Positions 39,101 through 47,220 of a DNA stretch of 64,000 nt are shown piece after piece. Each line of letters begins with the position of its first letter. Positions within the stretch are counted from its first letter, which is position 1. This DNA comes from Ascidiella aspersa (taxonomy: Eukaryota): contig OZ004610.1 of assembly GCA_963924565.1 (NCBI GenBank), forward strand, positions 1,178,001 to 1,242,000. Reading direction: 5' to 3'. The notes under the pieces are model-generated. The model saw nothing but the letters and a program-made list of their open reading frames with translations. It was not told where the DNA came from and did not search any database. Position numbers and translations under genes: made by a program.

Positions 39101-42100
39101 TATAGAGTTTAAATGCACACTTCAGGGAATATTATATCTAGAATCATTTTATTAGAAAATTTACGTTTCTATACTGAATTATTGTGCGCGCCCTTCGAAG
39201 ATTTAAACCCACCAGGCCGTCGTTACACACAGTTTAACAACCAGTGATTTAGCTTATTGAGCCAACAAACACCCTTTTAAGCTTTGATAACGTTTAAGTC
39301 GCGAAATAAGCAACTGATCTATACTTGCAATAAAACATGTAAACAAACCAGGCCTTGCGGTTGGTTAAAAACAATTTGTTGTCTACGAACAACCTTTGAG
39401 CATTAATAACGTTTAAGTCTTGAAACTAACTTGACCTTTGATCGCTCCCGGATCAGAGATTTGGGATTCATCCTCGTCTGACTCTTCCTCCGTTTATTCC
39501 GGACTCTCCTCCGCTTTTGTCAACCACGTTCTTGGCTCCAGTGATCCGGAAGCTACTTCTTCCCAGGAAGAAAACACAAACTCGACCACTTGCTATCAGA
39601 GTGAGAGTGAGAGAATAATTTGCCCCACTGACACGGATGTTTTTGAGCCTGAGATGACCCGGATTGCGTTGCATGCGATTTGACTTTTGATTAAAGCAAG
39701 AAATTGATGTTTTGAATCTTTCGAGAATTTCTTTGATAATTTTGTTAACAAATTATTTCGAGCCGTTTTCAGTTCAACTAATGCAAATATTTAACCAGTT
39801 GAGTCGCACGAAACAGCCAAATTTTTTTTTAAATTAACATGCAGGTATATAAAAAACAATGATAATTTTGCAACATATGGATGCTGTAAATCCTGATGTT
39901 TATCGTGCCCACAGGTTCTGAATTGAATTAGGTCAATGACTAATTGTTCTTTAGTTAGCCTTACATTCTTACATTTGTGCACATCTTACTTTTAACTCAA
40001 TCGTTGCTGTTTAATTGATCAAACTTAGGTCGCTTAAAAAATGCTGTAAAAACGATACTAATAAGGTACACCGAAAGTCATCGCAGACTTAGCGAATCTT
40101 TTTGATCAATTATGCAAATGCAAGCAAGGCAGGCTAGAAAAACAACTCGCAGTGTACTTTGTTAGCTTTCTATTTTTAGTCACACAAAGAGATTATACTC
40201 AATCAGATTTCAACCTAAAATCAGTATAAAGCGTTTTGACTTATAATCTGAAGGTTGTCCGAAAAGCTATATTGATCGAAAAAAATAAAAATAAAAGTTT
40301 TTTGAAAAATGCCATAAGTTTTTTTAGTATAGAACTACTTGCCGCTCGTTTAGTAAAGTATCTTGATTTGTTGAACTAATTTGATTTCCAACAAATTTAA
40401 GAACTTTTTGATTTTGCATTTAGTTGGTTTTCATTTCATGTTCCTTTCAAAATCCGAGAATGAACTTGCAACAATTTTAATTTTACAATTTTGTCCGTAA
40501 AACCTCAGTTAAATAACTGAACGGAAAATGTTTAGTAAAATGTGACCTTTTTTATTCAAGAAACCCGATGCACTATTCAACAGCATTTGTTGATTAACCC
40601 AAAGGAAATTTGTTATAATTTAAGATTATGTGTAAAAAATATGCATAATCCCGCGATTATGCGTCTAACAATACTTGTTTTGCGTTGTGTTTGTGATCTG
40701 GAACATTTAATTTCTTTAATTTTTCGTCGTTGCTTGTCTGTGTATATCTACTGTATAAAGCAACTGTGGCTAAACTTTAGCTGACTAATGCTACATAAGT
40801 ATCTACCTTTAGTTAAACAAAAATTCAACATATAGTTTTATAAAGTCCGGTGGACAAAAAGACTTAGCGTAGCCTGAAGATTTATTTAATTTAAGTGTTT
40901 CAAGACCAATTGAAGACCTATCCAACAAATCACTGTTTTTACCAGGCGATTGCATACTTTGTGCTGGTTTAGACCTATGTACCACTTATTTTCCTCACAA
41001 TAGTTGTCCGTCTTTCAAAAAAATATCCGCTGCTTAAACATATAACGTTGTTTCCTAACCCATTTATTATTGTTATCCTTTAAAAAAACTTGGCGTTTTT
41101 ATTTCGTCTGTTTTCAAAAAGTATCAAAACACGTCTTGCAATTATAGTGAAAGCTACATAAAAACGCTTTTTTTTCATTGTGCTTGTCGGTCACTGTTTC
41201 GCTGACGCAGAATGAACAATAAAACTCAAAGTTTAAAAAATCGAGTGAAACCAGAATCATACATCAATTACGGAACTGACGATGCCAAAAAGGCGAAATA
41301 TTTTTTTCTTAAAAAATGTCTTATTCCGTTTTTACTCTGATTTTTAAATTTATGTTTTATTGTTAATCCTACAATATAGTTTTTCACCAGGTATACAGTT
41401 TAGAAACTACTAACCATAAGACATACAAGGCATTAAACATTGAGTTAATTTACACTGCTATTCCTTAGGTGTGATCGCCAAAGGTTGTTCTGCCTTCCGA
41501 GCAATCTCACCAAACGTTGAGAAGGAGGAATCCGCTCTCAAGGAAGATGTTGGGATGCAAGATGTGCAATATGACGAGGTAAGCTTATTCATCAACTCGT
41601 GTTTTGCCACCTTTTTGGCTCGCGGCACCCTTGCTCGTATTTTTGCTAAGTGGTTAACTGTAACGTTACAATAAACGAGATTAAAACAGCATAATAACTG
41701 TTGAAAGAAGGACAAAGGTTAAAACTACCTTTTTATTTTTGGCACTTTTATCGTACACAAAAAATTGTATCAAGAAACTTACCGATAGTCTCAAAGTTCA
41801 AAAGAGTAAAGACTTATTCGAAAATGTTCAAAATGCTACCTACTTATATATGGGCTTTGATATTCACTGTACGTCTATCTACAACCTCCAGCCATTAGCT
41901 TAAGATTTATTCAAAACGTCAAAATGACACATACTTCTCTGCATGGGCTTAGCTATTCTTACTACCACCTCCAACCATTATGCTCTTACTATTTGGCTTG
42001 CACCAACTCCTACTATGTGATTTTATTTCATGGCCAGGTATTATTAAAGAAATTTAATAGATAAGATTTCTATTTGAATTTAGGTTTAACAACAGAACAG

Positions 42101-45100
42101 ATAAAACGAAATAAAAGTTGATAATTGTTTTGCACTGATTGCAATCAACACTATTTCTTTCTCTTTCAGGATGTTCTCACCAGAATGCTCCACCACTGCG
42201 TTGAATATTTACAAAAAGCTGAACGATATGAGCTTATGGTCTACGTATACAACCTGGTAATCCCCTACTACGAGAAGAGGCGAGATTATGAGGTAAGAAC
42301 GCGATTGTTACGTCACACAAAGAACATGTTTAAAACAAGCTACATCGATGAAGTAGAATTGTGCAATATGTCACCTTAAAAATGTTAGTGACATTTTATT
42401 TTTATTACCTTTTCGCTTGCGTCTGAATTTTCGACGTTAACAGTGTGTTTATGATTAAGGCAAAAACCATTCACGAACAACATTTGATGATTAAATTGAA
42501 TCATGTGCTTAAGCCGTGTAATATTGTTAGTATGCAATTTATTTCACATTACTTGCTGATTGAGTACTGTTCAAAATAAAAGCTACAAGGCAGTGGTTCT
42601 CAACTCATTTTGCTGACTTGCGATAACTTTGAGCCCTTCAAGTATTTTAAAGAAATATTCTTGTAATTACCCTTAAACACTCCAACATTCGAAGCAGTTA
42701 TTATACGAACCACTTACTGTGCATAATATTCTGTTAAATGGTTTATTATTATTGAAACTTAATGATGTGCTCCGGCTTCATAATATATCTCAATGGAGTT
42801 AAAATATGTCGGATAAAGTTTTACTGGCTGAAGGTTTATATTGGTTTGCAAATATATTGCATTCCACTACGCATTCGGTTTCAAAGTGCTTTCCAAGCAT
42901 AAACCAAACACATTTTTCTTCCATTCGAAGAAAAGGTAAAGAAATTGTTTTAAAGATTGCCAATAATATCCAACAATATCTAAACATCATTTATTTTCAT
43001 TTCGCAAAAAAAATTATGGCAAAGTTCTTATATGTGACCGTTAATACCTACACTTCTATACTTCAGTCGCTGATCGGCATCTACAGCACGTTGAAGCAAG
43101 GTTACGAGAAGGTCACGGAAGTGAACCGGAACGGCAAGCGAATGCTGGGAACTTACTTCCGGGTTGCCTTATATGGGCAGAACTTCTTCGACGATGAAGA
43201 TGGCAAACAGTACATATACAAGGTAGATTTGCCTTGAATGGGGCGTTATTGTCAGTTTGAACCATGTTGGTTTGTGATATCGCTTAACGTTTTTTAAGAA
43301 TAGCATCATCGTCGAAATAAAACACAGTTTGAAATAAGAGAGCCGGGGCCTTATCCCTAAAGTTTAAGGTCTTATTTCGGTGAGTTTTGGACCTATTCTG
43401 ACGAATTTAGGACTTATTCCGTCGTTGCAATGTAATAGACTTTATTTCATAAACTATATGGTAGCCCTGAGCATCTTTCACTCCTGCTACAAATTTAAGT
43501 TACATCTAAAAGCTTCAACAATAATAATTTTACCCCCAGGAGCCAAAACTTACCCAGCTTTCCGAGATCTCCCAACGACTTCAGCGAATGTACGGGCGAA
43601 AATACGGGCAGGAAGCGGTCAAGCTTATCCAGGAATCCGGGAAGGTAAAAATATTTGCTTGTATTAAGCTTGGGAAAAAATATTCTACTTGTGAACACTG
43701 CCTGGGTTCGACTTAAACAGTAAAATATCGCAGCCAAGTCAATTTCACCAAAAATAAACACATTGAGAACAACTAATGTTAAAATTATTTGAACAAACTT
43801 CAGCCAATTTGTAGGCAAACTTAACACCCTAAGGCTAAGCATTTGTTTTTTTAATCTACGGGTCGCGACCCAAAATTAATACTTTTTTTCCTTTTTTCCC
43901 GCTTTAATGTTAACAAAACACTTTAATCTTTTAGGTGAACCGCAAGGAGTTGGACCCGAAGTTCGCTTACATCCAGGTCACCTACGTTCAACCTTACTTC
44001 GATGAACAGGAGAGAGAACAACGTAAGAACTACTTCGAGCAGCAACACAACATCAGGAACTTCGTGTTCGAGACGCCCTTCACACCACAGGGGCGCGCTA
44101 GAGGGGACATAGAGGAGCAATGGAAAAGAAAAACTATTCTTACAAGTGGGTTTCAGCTAATTACAAAAGAAAGATCGTTCTTACATGTGATTTTCGATTA
44201 AGAGTCTTGCTCCGCGCAAAGGTATATCTTTGCGGTATTTTTGTCCACAGATTTTCTCTCTAAGGGCCTATCTGTCGATGTTTCAACCACGACTCCGTGC
44301 ATAATATTTACAAAAGCTAAGTTAAATCATTACAAAAATACTAACCCATTAGGTGTCAATCCTTTGTTTTGACCGGAGGTTGTGAGTTCGAACCTCACCG
44401 CAGGCTAGTTGTTTTCTAAGCCTGACTTCTTGCACGGAAATCCTGATCAGGCTGATTGATTTCGGTAAAGTTTCTACTTGTCGCCTGTAAAGAAAAGATT
44501 AAATATTTGAAGTATCTTTAACCACTTCTGTGACATTTCTTTTTAGAAAATTTGCCACCTTTCAACCTCAAATAAAACCAATTTCGTTTTTTTCTTTGTT
44601 TTTTTACGATTTGCCATTTTGTACCTTATTTTAATTTCCTCGTGTGAACCTGCCGGGCTTTAAAATGTGACGGCCAGAACCCGTCAAAAAAAAAATAGTC
44701 TTGTCACTCTTGAAGCGGTCTAATTTATGTTTATGACGTCATTCAGCGGCCCACAGTTTCCCATACATCAAGAAGCGCATCCCTGTGACGACAACACGAA
44801 GCTTCGAACTCAAGCCAATAGAGGTCGCCCTTGATGAGATGACGTCAAAGTGCAACGAACTGGAACAGCTGGTCACGGCTGAGCGCGTCGACCTGAAAAA
44901 GCTCCAACTTCGTTTGCAAGGATCCGTTAATGTTCAGGTAAACATGAAGGCCCAAAATGTTCAGGTAAACATGAAGGCAATTTTCATAAAAAAATGTATT
45001 TATTATAAAAAAGGCTTTGGCGCCTTCTCTTAAATGTAGTTAGACTCGATTTCAGTTTGGCATTTTTTGGAGTAAAAACAACAGGCTTAGGATCTGATAA

Positions 45101-47220
45101 TGTTCAAGTTGCTTTGGCAAATAGTTTGTCTAAAACTAGCCGAAAGTCAATGGTGTTGAATGTCAAGTCAATTTTACCGGGAAACTAAGCTTTTACCTCT
45201 TAAAATATAAAAAAACATATTTCTTATAGCAAATACAATATTCTGAAAATTAAGAAAAAAAACTGTTTATGTATGTGAACAAAGATTAATGAGGCAAACA
45301 AGTCTAGACATTTTTTAAACGAGATTTCTTCACTGACAAGTAAATGAAATGAAACTCGTAATTTTTCATTGTTACGTTTCTATATTTGAAACTGGGTGTC
45401 AGCATTTTTGTGAAAGCGCTTTCAGGAGCAAGAATTGATAACTTCTATGTCATATCAACATTAATTAATGAAAGTTAAACGGTTTTTCCAAACTACGACA
45501 AATAGCTGCTTTCGTAGGATTAAATTGTTTTATGACGTGATCTCTAAATATTTTTTGCCGACCCTGGCCCACACAAACCGAATGTTTTTTATGGGTCCGC
45601 GCCAAAAGATTTAAGAATCCTTGTCTTCGATTTATCCGGCTTTTTATGGAAAAAGTTTGGTGATCGTGCCAGGATAACGATTAATCCATCGCTAATTAAC
45701 TATAATGATATTTTTTAACTTTAAAGGTCAACGCTGGTCCTCTTGCTTACGCTAAGGCTTTCCTGGAAGATGACAAGATCTCAAAGCACGCCGCAAACAC
45801 GACAGAGATGCTGCGCAAAGTTTACAGGTAACACTCGTCATAAGATCTCATCGAAACTGCGAGAGACCTGCATTTTGTCGGGCCAAAATGCTTTATAAAA
45901 ATTGAAAAAATTCGTGGCTAAAATTTCTAAATTTTATTGGTAATTTTTAGTTAAAAAAAAAATTATTCTTAACTGACATCTTGATAAAGACGTTCGATTT
46001 GAACTTGTACCGTTTTCAGTTAGTGTGACTCAAACTTCACTTTAGGCTTTGAAATTTATTATAAAGCTTCATTACATGCCCGTGCATAGTGTTCCAAAAT
46101 GATAACAAGACTTTGTATGTTGTTATATTTTTTTTACAACTCAGCCTATACCTCAGCTACTTTAGAACTGGATTTTAAATAGTTTATCGTAGTTTTGAAA
46201 ATGATAAAAAAAAACAGTCAAGTAAGTTAAAAACTCACGACTTATCCGCAGCTAACTCAAAAATCTCGCAAAAATTTGAAAAATCTCTTCACACAGGCTG
46301 CAATAAATAGTTAGTCAAGAATCTTATCTGATTGTTACCTCACAGGCGATTCGTGAACTTGTGCGGACGAGCGCTGGACATCAACGAGCAGATGGTGACC
46401 GCCAATCAGCAAGTCTACCACGAATCGCTGCAAACCTGTTACGTCACAATGGCAGGCGAGCTGTCGCAGATTCTACACGAGCAGGTTTGTGACGAATTAA
46501 TGTGAAATGATGTTTTACGAGACGCGTTATGTTTTTGAAATGTGTTAAAGACTGCAGGCAATCCTAAACTCTGTATAACCTTGCAATTTTGAAAATTGTA
46601 ATAAAATTCCCGTAAATGGTTTCCATTCTTAACCTGTCTTGGAAATTACATTGGAAGCAGAAGTTCATCGCAACATATACAGAGTTGGCACCATGTCTTT
46701 ATTTATGTTTAGCTTAAGATTTGTGTTTTTTTAAAATATGTTTTTTGTCGTTAAAAATTTATTTTTAAGCATTTTTAATGGTGTTGATCCATGTCATTTA
46801 TACTGTTTTCGAAAGGTCTTTAAAAACGTATAAATTTACTTTTTCAAAAAGTCTTTGAATTTTCTTCATAAATTTATTTGACAATTCCTGATTTGCACAT
46901 TCTAAACTTTTTCTCCGTCTTACTACAAAAAAATATTGTTATTTAAGATTTTTTTCAAAAGTTTTTAAATGTCTTTAAATTGAATTTTTTATAAATTTGT
47001 GTTGCGACCCTGATTTATCCATCCTGAGCTTTTCCCCCTAAATTTAATTGTTATTAAAAAAAAAAAATTTCAGCTTCTCCAAGATGACGATGACACGTTG
47101 AGCGTTGCGACATCCAGTGGTGGGTACGATATGGAATCGGTCCAAAGCCCCCAGCCCTCATCCAGTTTCACCCCCAAACGGCTCGTGGTCGGCTCCGTGT
47201 CCGACGCTTCCATTGTGTGA
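7..47220 (+). CDS. DOCK9: DOCK-D family (DOCK9/10/11, zizimin) guanine nucleotide exchange factor, 3' portion; 24 exons, ~1091 aa; 5' end lies upstream of the window
   Basis: GT-AG exons join in frame (3276 nt including stop). They give DOCK9-like motifs: [120 protein letters not shown]. Probably a co-ortholog of vertebrate DOCK9/10/11. Confidence 0.95.
556..661 (+). CDS. DOCK9: DOCK9-like exon ([35 protein letters not shown])
   Basis: ccctag acceptor, G|gtaaga donor; phase 0/1. Confidence 0.93.
829..1127. mobile_element. palindromic MITE with ~130-bp imperfect inverted arms; single-arm copies at ~10985-11100, 31038-31153 and 40066-40115
   Basis: ctagcccttctgaagctgctttttg...gaaagccatcgcagactc is mirrored by gagtctgcgatggctttc...caaaaagcagcttcagatgggctag. 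Confidence 0.85.
5651..5810 (+). CDS. DOCK9: DOCK9-like exon ([16 protein letters not shown]...KHVFDDR)
   Basis: ttctcag acceptor, AG|gtgaga donor; phase 1/2. Confidence 0.93.
6304..6427 (+). CDS. DOCK9: DOCK9-like exon ([28 protein letters not shown]...)
   Basis: cttcag acceptor, |gtgagt donor; phase 2/0. Confidence 0.92.
6518..6771. mobile_element. hAT-type MITE (degenerate)
   Basis: caaggggtagcaaac...gttggctacacctg termini; gtcgatcg subterminal motifs. Confidence 0.6.
6855..7011 (+). CDS. DOCK9: DOCK9-like exon, low-complexity linker ([15 protein letters not shown]...SVMSAI)
   Basis: ccccag acceptor, G|gtgaga donor; phase 0/1; open frame. Confidence 0.85.
7529..7647 (+). CDS. DOCK9: DOCK9-like exon ([11 protein letters not shown]...DKLEKHLDK)
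   Basis: tctcag acceptor, AAG|gtaagt donor; phase 1/0. Confidence 0.85.
8449..8627 (+). CDS. DOCK9: DOCK9-like exon (TLSVAS...[19 protein letters not shown]...IDFFDVL)
   Basis: ttatag acceptor, |gtaagt donor; phase 0/2. Confidence 0.92.
9437..9493 (+). CDS. DOCK9: DOCK9-like exon ([18 protein letters not shown])
   Basis: ttccag acceptor, AG|gtaatt donor; phase 2/2; matches the DOCK FxYxGK motif. Confidence 0.9.
9537..10070. mobile_element. MITE with tagggatg...catcccta termini and a ccgata-rich body; fragments at ~7690-7950, 13135-13215, 14137-14230 and 54026-54090
   Basis: Terminal inverted repeat and several dispersed copies in both orientations. Confidence 0.75.
9675..9877. mobile_element. 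hAT-type MITE nested in the preceding element
   Basis: TIR caagggtctcaaac/gtttgagacccttg; 8-bp TSD ctttagag/atttagag. Confidence 0.88.
10662..10685 (+). CDS. DOCK9: candidate 24-nt cassette microexon of the DOCK9-like gene (SIRHSGM)
   Basis: ttctttccacgtgtag acceptor, AG|gtttgt donor; symmetric phase 2, no stop. Confidence 0.5.
12314..12337 (+). CDS. DOCK9: candidate 24-nt cassette microexon of the DOCK9-like gene (WDLNGQH)
   Basis: aacttttcag acceptor after a long pyrimidine-rich tract, |gtaaga donor; symmetric phase 2, no stop. Confidence 0.55.
12997..13118 (+). CDS. DOCK9: DOCK9-like exon ([22 protein letters not shown]...MVT)
   Basis: ttccag acceptor, |gtaagt donor; phase 2/1. Confidence 0.88.
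13685..13806 (+). CDS. DOCK9: DOCK9-like exon ([40 protein letters not shown])
   Basis: acgcag acceptor, AAG|gtacag donor; phase 1/0. Confidence 0.92.
13801..14135. repeat. 33-bp minisatellite, 10 full copies (tacaaggtacagtagcaaacatacatgacatag)
   Basis: Direct inspection; only two substitutions seen (13961-13977); explains the three repetitive minus-strand ORFs. Confidence 0.98.
15719..15856 (+). CDS. DOCK9: DOCK9-like exon ([19 protein letters not shown]...LRLFLCK)
   Basis: tcacag acceptor, AAG|gtgggt donor; phase 0/0. Confidence 0.93.
15918..16210. mobile_element. hAT (Charlie-like) MITE
   Basis: TIR cagtgattcccaaa/tttgggaaccactg; gtgtgccgcg subterminal repeats; related ends at ~18720-18740, 28220, 41600-41630, 42591 and 47374-47641. 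Confidence 0.8.
16808..16990 (+). CDS. DOCK9: DOCK9-like exon (FPNVLFRG...YLLMRNNFE...RSHLQ)
   Basis: cttcag acceptor, |gtaagt donor; phase 0/0. Confidence 0.95.
19225..19338 (+). CDS. DOCK9: DOCK9-like exon ([38 protein letters not shown])
   Basis: gttcag acceptor, CAG|gtgaga donor; phase 0/0. Confidence 0.93.
19503..19628 (+). repeat. local duplication of an exon 3' end plus donor and intron start (copy of ~19300-19429)
   Basis: Near-identical ~125 bp. Confidence 0.95.
21827..22693 (-). CDS. nested antisense gene, large terminal coding exon (288 aa, [11 protein letters not shown]...[12 protein letters not shown]); uncharacterised disordered Ser/Lys/Arg-rich protein
   Basis: Open frame of 867 nt in a GC-enriched island. 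The ORF-track call 21827-22558 extends 45 codons upstream to an acceptor (gctaat...tttctgtcgcattacag). Confidence 0.75.
   Translation of the reverse strand, partial: KSRLKSFSPQESAIQEEEGRPASPASSEASNGQSSLSKHTSSSSSVGGIKNSFRSIKRRFSNRSNAQRSSPLMPRKNEDSSSLNSEEVKAHSEDEMPSNQYQKLPSNHQAKLPSNGKSPDYPLPMAYDQVESASCSVALSAPGKVSKPPISPGGKKGAGVHRARSATVSARDAHMIAPPVMVDGEVKHEYQYVSPARHVGKIGAKNDNGMAGIFRSSSFAKILGLSENERSSGGVGAGSGRSKEESPLKALYKATVLNECNNKENQNNNSSSRKDARRSIVIPALKVT
25035..25187 (-). CDS. nested antisense gene, probable first coding exon ([51 protein letters not shown])
   Basis: ATG at 25187 in a coding-like island. The phase-0 donor CAG|gtggcg joins in frame to 22693; a competing gtaaga donor lies 5 nt further on. 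An upstream acceptor ttttcag sits at 25350-25344. Confidence 0.6.
36278..36493 (+). CDS. DOCK9: DOCK9-like exon, start of the DHR2 region ([11 protein letters not shown]...[12 protein letters not shown]...YSE)
   Basis: cttcag acceptor, GAG|gtaaga donor; phase 0/0. Confidence 0.95.
37708..38029. mobile_element. hAT-type MITE
   Basis: TIR cagggttgtccaac/gttggacacccctg; TSD atttagat/atttagtt. Confidence 0.85.
38461..38518 (+). CDS. DOCK9: DOCK9-like exon ([19 protein letters not shown])
   Basis: ttttcag acceptor, AAG|gtaaat donor; phase 0/1. Confidence 0.95.
39457..39600 (+). CDS. DOCK9: candidate 144-nt Ser/acidic cassette exon inside DHR2 ([16 protein letters not shown]...TTCYQ); read-through would stop at 39683
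   Basis: actaac branch point at 39425, gatcag acceptor, A|gtgaga donor; symmetric phase 1; coding-like island within an AT-rich intron. Confidence 0.6.
41469..41578 (+). CDS. DOCK9: DOCK9-like exon ([21 protein letters not shown]...QYDE)
   Basis: ccttag acceptor, GAG|gtaagc donor; phase 1/0. Confidence 0.94.
42170..42292 (+). CDS. DOCK9: DOCK9-like exon (DVLTRML...KAERYE...EKRRDYE)
   Basis: tttcag acceptor, GAG|gtaaga donor; phase 0/0. Confidence 0.95.
43067..43222 (+). CDS. DOCK9: DOCK9-like exon (SLIGIY...[11 protein letters not shown]...YIYK)
   Basis: cttcag acceptor, AAG|gtagat donor; phase 0/0. Confidence 0.95.
43540..43644 (+). CDS. DOCK9: DOCK9-like exon ([35 protein letters not shown])
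   Basis: ccccag acceptor, AAG|gtaaaa donor; phase 0/0. Confidence 0.95.
43935..44145 (+). CDS. DOCK9: DOCK9-like exon ([22 protein letters not shown]...KRKTILT)
   Basis: ttttag acceptor, A|gtgggt donor; phase 0/1. Confidence 0.95.
44747..44937 (+). CDS. DOCK9: DOCK9-like exon ([14 protein letters not shown]...[12 protein letters not shown])
   Basis: attcag acceptor, CAG|gtaaac donor; phase 1/0. Confidence 0.95.
45727..45827 (+). CDS. DOCK9: DOCK9-like exon carrying the nucleotide-sensor Val ([13 protein letters not shown]...)
   Basis: ttaaag acceptor, AG|gtaaca donor; phase 0/2. Confidence 0.94.
46346..46484 (+). CDS. DOCK9: DOCK9-like exon ([15 protein letters not shown]...LSQILHEQ)
   Basis: tcacag acceptor, CAG|gtttgt donor; phase 2/0. 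Confidence 0.94.
47074..47220 (+). CDS. DOCK9: DOCK9-like terminal coding exon, ends ...SVSDASIV* (class I PDZ-ligand-like)
   Basis: tttcag acceptor, phase 0, TGA at 47218-47220; AATAAA hexamers downstream near 47663, 48528 and 48707. Confidence 0.88.
   Translation, partial: LLQDDDDTLSVATSSGGYDMESVQSPQPSSSFTPKRLVVGSVSDASIV

Noticed and set aside
44370-44405. tRNA T-arm-like gtgagttcgaacctcac
   Set aside because: Isolated SINE-like fragment with no cloverleaf
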